Positions 1 to 11,109 of a DNA stretch of 22,534 nucleotides are shown here, one piece after another (position 1 is the first letter of the stretch; each line of letters begins with the position of its first letter). The stretch lies in contig JAPETS010000055.1 of the NCBI GenBank assembly GCA_026023565.1, forward strand, positions 124,001 through 146,534, read 5' to 3'. Position numbers and translations under genes: made by a program. Below the pieces are notes generated by a model. It was not told the origin of the DNA and did not search any database. It saw nothing but the letters and a program-made list of their open reading frames with translations. This stretch comes from Cirrosporium novae-zelandiae. Lineage: Eukaryota.

Positions 1-1876
1 CATGAACAAATTTCTAGAAACCCTATCCTTAGTAGGGCAGGCCCCTTGTTATATATAACATCCCCTAAAGGTGGAGGTAGAGGCAAAACCAACCAACCCC
101 ATGAACTCCATAACATCTCAAACCAACACCCCCACCTAAGGTGTAGGCGGAGGTAAATCTCAAAAGCCATGAATGTTTGGAAACTTGTCAACTTTTGCTT
201 CCGCAGCGAAGGTTTTCCTCCAGCTTCTCTCCATGTTTGTCATAAAAGACCAACCCGTGCTTGCTTGACCAAGAATAATCAGTTGAGCTTGACAACTTGT
301 TTTAATTTCTTCGCTTGGGTTATGGTAATGAATGTGTTAGGATGTATTTGGTTATCTTCTGAGGCGAATATCTCCTCCCCTCCCACTTAACAATCCCACC
401 AACCAACCCCCTTCATTTTCGAATGACGCCGGCGAGGTAACGGAAAAGCAAAGCCAAAATAAATTTAGAAATGCTATAAGCCTTTCATGCTTGCGGGGTT
501 TTTGTCTTGTCCCTACTGGATCAAAACAAACAGCAGCCAAACCCCCCCGCTTGATCGAAATATAGTTGTTGATGTATTCACATTCGACCCCAAGAGTAAA
601 ATGGTAAGGTATATAACAACCCAGCCAGCCTTTTTGATTGATTGCTTGCTCGACACCGTTGCCACCGCGGGCACTGGAAAGGAAGAAACAAATATATCAA
701 AAATGCTTCCAAGTCCCCTCTCACCTTTTGTTTAGGTGATTGAATAGTGTCTTCATGGGGGCGAAGATACAATCAAAACTCCAAACAGGGATAAGGCTTC
801 TTTGCCTCGGGATATTCGTGGGTGATCACGGTATATAGATACCGATTGGTCTGTTTTAGCATCATGAAGCACGACGAGTGTGGGAGATGCCTGAAAACCT
901 GGGAGTGGAATTCAAAAGGTAGGAGGAGGAAGGGTTATTTCCTCTAACCCCTTCCTTTTCCTCCTCGCTTTTAAAACCTAGCTTGCTTAAATCGCTAGCC
1001 CCTAATGTGCATGTGCAAAGTAGCCACACCACACCACACCACACCAGCCAATCACCTGCATTAGATATTCAACCGAAGCAGCCACAGCCTATAGTTGGGA
1101 GAAGGATGGTTGGATGCTTGAATGGTGAGAGATCACCCCGCATTCGATCTCAAGGAAGGGGGAGAAGTACTTAATTTCCGAGGACTAGGATCTTTCAGTC
1201 CCTTATTATAGGCGTCCGTAGACCCATGAGAAAAATAAAGAGAAGGGGAAGAATATTTGATTTCCCAAGGGACCCGGACATCTACTACCACTACTACTAT
1301 CATCACCACCACCCCACATTTGCGCCGTGGGCCCATATGAGGAGGGAGAGTGTAGGAGTTTCTAGGAAGGATAGAAAGAAAGAAAGGAAAAGAATGAGAA
1401 GGAGGTAAAGAAGAGAGAGCAGAGCCCAACCTGATCCCCCAAGCTTTTGAACAGCTAGCTTGTGAAGTGAGGTGACGCACCCTCTCAGGTCAGGCTCCAT
1501 TGAGAGAGGGAAGGTAAGTCTTTTATATAGAATATGTTAGATTAAGGTGAGATATATAACTACCTAGGTAGGTAGACAAGTAATAAGTAATATGAAATAT
1601 ATATAAAGACAAAGGAAAGGAAAGGTAAGAAAAAAGAAAAGGGAAGCGCTTGTCTGAATGCTAAATGGTAAGAAAGGAGAGAGTTGCTTCTGCTAAAGAA
1701 AGAAAGAAAAAAAGAGAAGCCCAACAGTGGGAACCCGCCTTTTATTTATGTTCCCTTGTCCCCCCCTCCCCCCTGTTCTCCCCCTCATTCACCCCCCCCC
1801 CCCCCCCATGCGCATACACGCGCGCATGCACATCCCCAGAAGAAAAAGTCTACCTGTCTGTTTGCCCACACCTCGT

Positions 1877-1912
1877 CGGCGCAGGACTCGGCGCGGGACT
1901 TGGCGTGCAGGA
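1877..1912. repeat. GC-rich 12-bp tandem repeat (CGGCGCRGGACT x2 plus a degenerate third copy)
   Basis: cggcgcaggact-cggcgcgggact-tggcgtgcagga. Confidence 0.8.
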
Positions 1913-2157
1913 TAGGGTGGGATAAGGTGGGGTAGAGCGGGACGGGGCGAGGCAAGGACAGGCCGGACTGCCTTAGGCTATGCATGACCTTGAACTTAGG
2001 GTTTGGGTTGGGTTGGGGTTGATGTGACGTGGGGTTAATGACGTGGGGTGGGTTTGTGTTGTAGGTGTTTGTGTATGTGCATATGAGTGAAGGGTTTGGA
2101 GAGTGAAGTGGGGGGGCACGTGGAGGGGTGAAGTTTTGGGGGTAGGTCTAGACTGTG

Positions 2158-2229
2158 TGTGTCATGTGTCATGTGTCATGTGTGAGGGTCTTTGTTGCTT
2201 TGTTGCTTTGTTGCTTTGTTGCTTTGTTG
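2158..2229. repeat. Tandem repeats (TGTGTCA)x3 at 2158-2178 and (CTTTGTTG)x5 at 2190-2229
   Basis: Perfect copies read directly from the sequence. Confidence 0.95.
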
Positions 2230-2984
2230 ATGTGGATGGAAGGAATGTCATGTCATGTTATTATTATCGTTATTGATGGCGGGTATATACGTGTGTAGTA
2301 CAATATAGCTAGTTTTACTCATTAAGTTCCTTTTTCTTTTCTTTTTTTTGGCATAGTCTATAGCCAATTGGATTGAGGGAACTACTCTACTTAGAAGATA
2401 TGTATGTATCTATCTATATAGAGTTAGAGGTCTAAAGGGATATATACTTGAATATATATTTTGGACGTGGAAACCTGCATTATCTATTCTTAAGGGGTGT
2501 TTATATAGAAAGAGAGGACTAGTTAGGAGGAATATATTAAGGCTATAACAAAGAGATTAGGAACTACGATATTCGATATTAGCCGAAGAGACCTCTTGGA
2601 TCATATCACGTTCGGGTAGATGTCTAAGGAATCAAAGGATGACTCTACTTTCTATATACTCTATGACATACAAACATAGTGGACAATAGAGAGTAGACAT
2701 ATAGACATTGACATATTGAAAGAATACGATTTTTATCTATAATATAAGATTGTAGTGGCTAACTTTTTGATGTGTACCCTATTTTTTAAACCTAGCAGTA
2801 ATAACGAAACCCTGAAACCATGCGCCATTCCTTTATCGAAAAGGAGAAAAATTGCATCAAGATAACCACACACTCATTGCTATCATGTATTCAAGTTGAC
2901 TGGGCCACCCGATGCTTTTTTCTTTATTGTCATGCCATCCTTCCGCCTTCCTCATCTCATCATATCATATCACATCATATATAT

Positions 2985-5900
2985 TTATGGTGCCATCACC
3001 AAAGCCAAAAGGGCCATCCTGGTATATAAACCATATCTCATCTGCCTAAAGTAAGCAGCTCTCTGATCAAAATCAACCTCCTCGCTGATCTCAGCGTTCC
3101 TCGGCATCGGATGCATAACCACCATATGACTCTTTGCATGCTTTAGAAGACTGTTATCTACGATAAAAGTATTCTTCAATCTCTCATACTCTTCTAGATC
3201 TGCGAATCGCTCCTTCTGGACACGCGTGCAGTACAGGACATCCGATGCAGCAACGATCTCGGGTGTGAGCTCAGTGGACTCGGTGACTAGTTGGCCTTGA
3301 GATTTGATAAGTTCTCTTACATCATCTGGTAGAGCCATAGCTGCTGGAGCGACGAGTTGAATTCGGACGGAATAAAATTGAAGAAGACGCGCGAGGGAGT
3401 GCACCGTGCGACCGTATTTCAAATCACCTGTGAAGGTTACGGTAAGGCCATTAACCGTACCTAGTTCTTCACGGATTGTGAAAAGATCAAGGAAAGCTTG
3501 GGTGGGATGTTCATGACTCCCACTCCCAGCATTGATGACTGGAACTGGGGAGACTTTTGCGGCATCTTCAGCAGATGTATTGGAGGGATGTCTCAATACC
3601 ACCGCATCACCGTAGCAGCCAAGAGTTCGGATAGAATCTTGCAAGGTCTCTCCTTTTTGTGTAGAGCTAGTATCCGCGTGGATGACCACAGTCCTGCCGC
3701 CTAGCCGTTGCATAGCTGCATCGAAGGAAGAAGAAGTACGTGTAGACGGTTCGTAAAACATTGTGCACAACACCCTTCCCTTAAGGAGATCGAGTACACC
3801 CTGGCGTTGCACACCTAGACGCAGTTCTTGCGCAACCGTGAAAAGTAAATGCAAGTCTTGTCTTTTGAATTGATTGACGGAAAGGACGTGTCGCTGGCGG
3901 AAGGGGGAGTTGGAGAGTAATTGAAGAAGAGATGATGATACAGATGAAATAGTTGGAAGAAGGGGAGGCGCAAAGTCTTCTGCCACAGCCGATGTAGATT
4001 GGACGACTTGGCTATCAAGAGACTTGGGGGAGCGGAACGTGGGGCGAGGAAGTCCAGCTCCGAGCATAGATTGCCGGCGCTGGCCGCTTTCTGCTTTCGT
4101 CGGCTTTCGTGGTGAAGTTGGCGGAGAAGAAATAGATACAACCATTGGAGACAAGGGAGGCCGAATGTGAGTGGACATATCTGAACCTATAGATGCATCT
4201 ATCATAAGTTCGCCATCAAGGCACGATGTCTTGCTCTGGAAGATGACGCGCTGGATTGCTGCTTTCATGACCTTGCCTTCAAACGGAGACCAAGACGCAC
4301 TACTGAATTTGTATGGTCTATCAACTTCTATTTCAACTGAAGTTCCTGCCTGTTCATGTAGCTCAAAGATTTCTTTTGGATTCTTATGTAGTTTGGCAGT
4401 GACATCATCTATTGTGAGCTTTCCATCAGCAACAGCTGTCATGAGTAATGGAAGAGTATCGGCAATGCCCACGGCAGGAGTTGCCTCATGGTTGGTTTCT
4501 TGAGCAAGTTGATAAGGCAATGTTCCTATAGAGAACACGTCGATGGTATCTAAATGGTTCCATAATGCTTCTTGATCTGCGACGGTAGGTAGGAAGCTAC
4601 AGTTTGGATAATCCGCTTGGGAAAGGAAGAGTGAGTAAACAGCTACGTCACAAGTGACCTTTAGACCCTTCTCCTTGCTCAACGCAATTAGCTGTATGTC
4701 GTCTTTCGTTGTTACGGAAGTGACGTGTATTTTTCGAGAGTGGAGGCTGGCAAGCAGTAAAACCGAGGCCAAGTCCGTCGTTTTTGCATCCGTCATTATG
4801 GCTTTGTGCGTTGGCCAAACCGAAAAATGACTGGTAATTGCAGCCACTTTGTTGATGTTTCCTGATAGATGATTAAATGGAATAAATAGTGAACCGACTT
4901 CACCAGCAACTTGGTCGATCTCGTCGGAGTTGGAGGCAGTGGCTGCAATGGAGAAATTGAAATCACAGACCGCCTTCTGACTTGAGTTCTTCTGGGCAAC
5001 CTTAAGAGAGCGTGCATCGGTGATGGACCCTTCGAGACCTAGGGGCATGAGTCGAATCATACTGAAACCGGCTGCAATAGATGCTCCAGAGACTGTCCGG
5101 AAGTCGTGACTCCCCAGAGAGACGATACTTGGTACGAAAGCAGATACGTTGATGAGACCTGGTAGAACAACAGTGCAATGACTGGCCTTATAATCGATAC
5201 CCGTGATGGGCATGTTGTAATGTCGGGAAATGGCCTCGATCAAAATCTTGGCATTCTTTACATTAGTGACTAGAGGTGTCTGATAGTCAACAGCCATTCG
5301 CCTCGTTCGGTATCCTTTACTCATATAATTTGCAGGTCTGCGAAACCGATTATTAGATGGCAAGTTGATGTAAAGGTCAATAAGATTGTTAGCCAGATGC
5401 TGAGTTAGAGAGTATTCTGATCTCTGTCCTTTTTGTTCTTCCGGGAGGACCTCAAGAAACTTGGCTGGGATGCCGTGTTCTTCGAGGTAATCTGCAGTAC
5501 CCGCAGTAGCGAATAACTTGTAGCCCAACTTGTGAAGTTTTTCAATCGAAGGGAGCATTTCCAACTTGTCCTTAAAGGATCCGATAGATAGCAATATGTT
5601 CTTGTTTGGAAGCTTGAAACCGGTAGAAATGAGAGCTTTAAGATATGCCTCATATCGGTCACGTCCAAAACATGCAACCTCCCCGGTGGATGCCATTTCA
5701 ACACCGAGAACAGGATCCGCTCCAGAAAGTCGTGAGAAGGAGAATTGGGGGACCTTAATACCAACATAGTCCTTTGGTAGTTCCACTGGAGGATAATCCT
5801 CAACAGGAATGCCAAGCATTGCCTTCGTTGCCATCTCGATAAGATCAACACCCATGACCTTTGAGACAAAAGGGAAAGATCGCGAAGCACGGACATTGCA

Positions 5901-8900
5901 TTCAATAACTTTAATTTCATTGTCCTTGGCGATGAATTGAATGTTGAAAGGTCCAGTAACGTCCAGGGCGTTGCCGATCTTTGCAGTGGCTTCTTCAATG
6001 CGCCGAATTGTTGTTGGATCCAAGTCTTGAGGTGGAAGAATCAATGTAGCATCTCCTGAATGAACACCCGCGTTCTCCACATGCTCGGAAATGACATGGT
6101 AGATCATTGTTCCATCATTAGCTACTGCATCCATTTCAATCTCTTTTGCATTTTCAATATATTTGGTAATCACGACTGGATGGTCACGCGAGACTTCGAC
6201 AGCTTGCTTGAGGTAGTTTTGAAGATCATTCTGGGAGTAGACGGTATTCATTGCAGCACCAGATAAGACATAAGATGGTCTAACGAGGACAGGGTAGTGT
6301 ACATGGTTGCAGAACGCAGCAGCCTCGTCGAAGCTAGTAAGCTCCTTCCAGGCTGGCTGATCAACTCCGATCCTATCTAACATACGAGAGAACTTGTATC
6401 GATTCTCTGCCGTATCAATCATTTCTGGAGATGTTCCAAGGACCTTGACGTTGAGACGATGGAGAGAGAGCGCAATGTTGTTTGGGGTTTGACCACCCAT
6501 TGAGATGATGACCCCCGAAGCCGTCTCCAATTGGTAAATGTCAAGCACTGTCTCGAGACTAATATTTTCAAAATAGAGCTTATCAGCTTCGTCGTAGTCA
6601 GTACTGACAGTCTCCGGGTTGTAGTTGACCATAATTGTTTTGAAGCCCTGTTCGCGCAGTGTTCGAATTGATCTGACTGAGCACCAATCGAATTCTACTG
6701 AAGATCCAATCCTGTAAACTCCAGAACCTAAAACCATGATTCCGTGATCATCAAAATCAATGTCATGCTGGGTACCATTGTAGGTCATGTATAAATAATT
6801 CGTAAAAGCGGGAAATTCTGCAGCAACGGTATCAATTTGCTTCACAACAGGAGCAATGCCAGACTCAACTCTGAGTCTCCTTACTGCAAGCTCGTTTGAG
6901 CTCCAGAATCTAGCCAGTTGCCTATCAGAGAAACCCAATTGCTTGGCTTTGAATATGAGGCTCGGTGGGACTGTTGATGCGTTGTATCCGCTCATTAACT
7001 TTCCAAAGTTGCTCAAGCCCTTGAGTTTGTTCAAGAACCATTTATCAATTTTGGTCATCTCCCAGATCTTGTCGACAGTGTATCCGGCGTGCATGGCATT
7101 GGCAATAGCAAACATCCTCTGGTCTGATGGGGTTTGTAATTCCTGATCGATAGACATCAGAGCACTAGTATCATTAAAGCCCAAGTTATTGAAATCAACG
7201 GCTCGGATAGCTTTTTGGATAGCTTCTTCAAAAGTGCGTCCAATACTCATAACTTCACCAACACTCTTCATTGACGAAGAGAGCTGCGTTGATACTCGGG
7301 TGAATTTCTTTAGATCCCATCTTGGAATCTTTACAACGACATAATCCAAGGACGGCTCAAAGCAAGCACATGTGACTTTTGTAACGGAGTTTGAGATCTC
7401 ATTGAGTGGAATACCCAAACCTAATTTCGCAGCAATGAAAGCTAGCGGATAGCCAGTGGCTTTAGAGGCCAAAGCCGAAGATCTCGATAATCGAGCATTG
7501 ACCTCAATGATGCAGTATTCCTTGGAGAATGGGTTCAAGGCATATTGAATATTGCACTCTCCCACAACCCCCAAGTGTCGAATAACATTCACCGCTGTTG
7601 TCCGAAGCATATTGTAATCTTCGTCTGACAGAGTTTGAGATGGGGCGACGACAATCGAATCTCCGGTATGGATACCAAGAGGATCGAAGTTTTCCATGTT
7701 GCAAACAGTAATACAATTGTCCCGAGAATCACGGACAACTTCGTATTCAATTTCCTTCCAGCCCTTCATACTTCTTTCGATTAGAACTTGAGGGCTGGCT
7801 GCAAATGCCTTGTTGCAGAGATCGAGTAACTGGTCTTCGTTTTCCGCAAAACCACTCCCTAGGCCTCCAAGGGCATATGCTGCACGAACAATCACCGGAT
7901 ATCCGATACCTTTGACAGCGCTCAACGCCTCTGGGATAGTGCTGGCTGACGCTGACTTTGCACATTTTTCGTTAATCATCTCCATACTACGAGCAAAGAG
8001 TTCGCGATCCTCTGTAGTAATAACGGTGTCAATTGGAGTACCAAGAACTTTGACACCCAGCTCTTCGAATTCATCTTTGAGTTGAATACCAACTTGGAGA
8101 GCCGTCTGTCCACCAAAGGTGACATATATTGCGTCAGGCCTTTCGTATTTGATAACTTTTCGGACAAACTCTGCTGTGACAGGAAGAAAGTAGACTTTAT
8201 CTGCAAGACCTTTGGATGTCTGAATGGTGGCGATATTGGGATTGATCAGAATAGTGTATATGCCCTCTTCTTTCAAAGCCTTGATGGCTTGGCTTCCAGA
8301 GTAGTCAAATTCACCAGCTTGGCCAATACTCAAACCACCACTTCCAAGAATCAAGGCCTTCTTAACAGTAACTCGAGGATGCAGTTGCTCGTTCTCCATA
8401 GCCGTTCCTCCAGGGAAGGACACCGGTTCTTCCATAGCCTTGTCCGACTGGATGCTTTTGATAATGCTCTGGATGAAAACGTCAAAAAGGAACTCGGTAT
8501 CTCGAGGGCCGGGAGTGCTTTCGGGATGGAATTGCACGCTGAAGAATGGTTTGCTAATATGTCGGATACCCTCGTTACTTCCATCATTAGCATTAACAAA
8601 TACTTCCTCCCATCCTGTTGGCAGATTCTTCGCGTCCACAGCATATCCGTGATTTTGAGAGGTAATATAACAGCTCCCTGAAATGAGATTTGTACAAGGG
8701 ATGTTGTGGCCACGGTTTCCGAATTTCATCTTAATCGTGTTTGCTCCAGCAGCTCTAGCCATTAACTGGTGACCCAAACAAATACCGAAGATTGGGCTCT
8801 GCGCTTTCTCCATAGCGGTTTTGATATGGCTGACCGTAATCTCTAGCGTTGCCGGGTCTCCTGGGCCATTCGAAATAAATAATCCATCATACCCATCACC

Positions 8901-9892
8901 AAGCAGTTTTGAGAAATCATAATCCCAGGGTACGACAAGTACTTCTAAGCCACGAGAAAGCAGGCAGCGTAGTTGATTATTTTTAAGACCAACATCAACG
9001 CAAATTACACGGACTGCTCGGCCTGATGGATGACAAAGAGCGATATCTTTGGGTGGAGTAAAAGTCCGAGATTCCTTAATAGAGACTGATCAAGACCATT
9101 AGATGCTAAAACATAATGTCTATCGGGGGTGAGCTCACCCTCAGCTACTAGGTTCTTCAAATTAGGATTAATCCATTCTATCTGCTCGAATTCTGCTTTC
9201 CAGCCCTTTCGGGCAGAACAGGTTGATACACCATCGGCCTTTGCATCTCCATTTGTGAGTTTGGAATTATCCTGTTGGAGCAGCATTCGTCCAAGCATAC
9301 TTCCCTCCTCGCGTATCCGTTTCGTCAAAGCTCGGGTATCGACACCATGAATAGCGGGTACACCTTGCTCCTGAAGCCAAGTCCCTAAAGATGACGTAGC
9401 TAGATAGTGTGAGTAGTCCTCCCCAGAATAAGAAGCTGTCACAAGGCCCGCAATATGAATTTCAGAGGATTCAAAATACTTTGGTAAATCTCCCAGAAGT
9501 TCATCGACAGTTTCTCGAGAGGGCACACCGTAATTGCCCACCAAAGGGAAGGTAATCACTAGAACCTGGCCTCTATATGAAGGATCTGTCAAAGATTCTG
9601 GATATCCCACCATTCCAGTTTGGAAGACTAGTTCTCCAGCAGCACTTTTTTCTGCTCCATAGCTATAGCCTTGATATACTGTTCCATCTTCAAGTTCTAG
9701 CCGTATGAGGCGTTCTTCTTTCTCCGACACAGAAGCAGATGATATTGGTTCGATGGCAAGTTCATGATAGCCATTGGCTTGATTCATGCTAGCTGCGGCG
9801 GCTGCCGAGGAGGTAGAAGGGAGAGGAGAGGAAGATTGAGGTCGACTTGGAGTTTCTGGACGTATACCGTCCGTCGTGTTCAAGGAAGACAT
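2985..9892 (-). CDS. URA2: Multifunctional pyrimidine biosynthesis protein (CAD-like): glutamine amidotransferase + carbamoyl-phosphate synthetase + inactive dihydroorotase-like domain + aspartate transcarbamylase; URA2/pyrABCN/pyr-3 ortholog
   Basis: Exons 9892-9139 and 9085-2985 join to 6855 nt = 2284 aa + stop. The junction reads ...[15 protein letters not shown]... and links the 295-aa and 1942-aa ORFs. GATase motifs: [36 protein letters not shown] (catalytic Cys), QFHPE. CPS motifs: [72 protein letters not shown]. ATCase motifs: [25 protein letters not shown]. Confidence 0.98.
9086..9138 (-). other. Spliceosomal intron of URA2 (53 nt)
   Basis: Minus-strand donor G|GTGAGC, branch TCTAAT, acceptor GATCAG. 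Removal restores the frame inside the CPS small-subunit/GATase region. Confidence 0.93.
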
Positions 9893-11109
9893 TTTTTTCG
9901 CTTTCGAAGAACCTCGGTAGGTAGAGTGGAAATGTCAAAAATTAAAGGGCTAACCAGCTACAAAACACCATGACAATATTTTTTAAGACATGAGGAGAGC
10001 CGAACGATGAGATTCAGCACATCAACTGCTTTGCTGTATTTAAGCACAAGCTGTTGAATGTTCACTGAGAGTCATAAATTTTTAAAATTCTTGAATATTG
10101 GCGCACAGCTTTTTTTTTCTTCGCCAGTAAACTTTGTAGCCAATGAAGTTTAACAGCACTGACTTTCAACAATCACCTAGTTTTCACCGGAAGATAATGC
10201 CTGCACCTTAATATTTTAATTCTCGCGTCATTCATATGGAATTTTCTATTTATCAGTAAAGGATTTTTCAACCAATCCATGGATTCAAATATTAAAATGA
10301 AATCCATTCTTAATATCGTCTCAATCTCCAATTTGTGAGGGCACAAGCGAGGGGTAACTAATTATTTCATACCTTAGCTCTCTTCTCAGCGATAAGCTTG
10401 GTTCATATCATATCAGCCCATGTCTTCGATGGGTAATTAATTAGAAGTGAGGCCTTGAAATGGATTTTTCATTCATTTGAAACTGACTTCCGCTTCAAGG
10501 CCCTCGGCCTCTCCAAGGTCGCTTCTAGTGACCTAGGTACCCATGGAAAATATATCAACCTGTAAAAGACCTAGGGTCAAGGCTTAAAAACATCATATTG
10601 TCCCCCGGGCACGTCCCAAGCACAGTGAATGAAAGGCGTTTGGATAGAATTTCATGGCGTTATTTCCGCTTTATCACATCATGGTTTGGGTCTTGGCAAT
10701 GTGGCAGTTCATGCACGCTTGCGCAGTTGCTTGTGTATCGTCTTGACCGCATTATTGGCCCAAGGAACGATATCTCGAAAAAAGATAGAAAGTTAAAGAC
10801 ATAATCCTAGAGAGTATTGTGAGTGCGCAATCCACTTCAAAGATCCCATGACTTTATTAACTCATCAATTACTACTAGAAAGTATTTAACAATAAATCCT
10901 GCCTGAGGATTTATCCTTTCCATGCCTGTTTTTTCAATCTTTAAGTTTGATAAGCTTTCATGCTTGTGTATCTTGTGGAGCGCTGATCAATATTTAACCA
11001 GTGCCACCCCAAACACAACCATGAATGCTTATGTTAAATGTAGGGTGGGCTTTCGATATTTCAAGTTCAGGCTGAGCTAGAAACAACCACCATGCACTTT
11101 CTCTAAAGA
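9893..11109. promoter_or_regulatory. Divergent (head-to-head) intergenic promoter region shared by URA2 and the YVC1/TRP-like gene
   Basis: 1217 bp between two start codons on opposite strands. Individual elements are not resolved. Confidence 0.7.

Noticed and set aside
169..1985. Short ORFs in the left flank as a gene or transposon remnant
   Set aside because: Translations are low-complexity or unrecognisable, with no transposase, reverse transcriptase or terminal repeats.
1996..2004. TTAGGGTTT as a telomerase RNA template (AAACCCTAA on the minus strand) or an interstitial telomere
   Set aside because: Only one TTAGGG unit inside a G-rich simple repeat. It lacks the TAACCCTAA template and I could not recognise pseudoknot or CR4/5 elements.
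3498..9973. Antisense and alternative-frame ORFs inside URA2 (up to 199 aa), and similar ones inside both channel genes
   Set aside because: Shadow ORFs expected from the codon structure of long coding exons.
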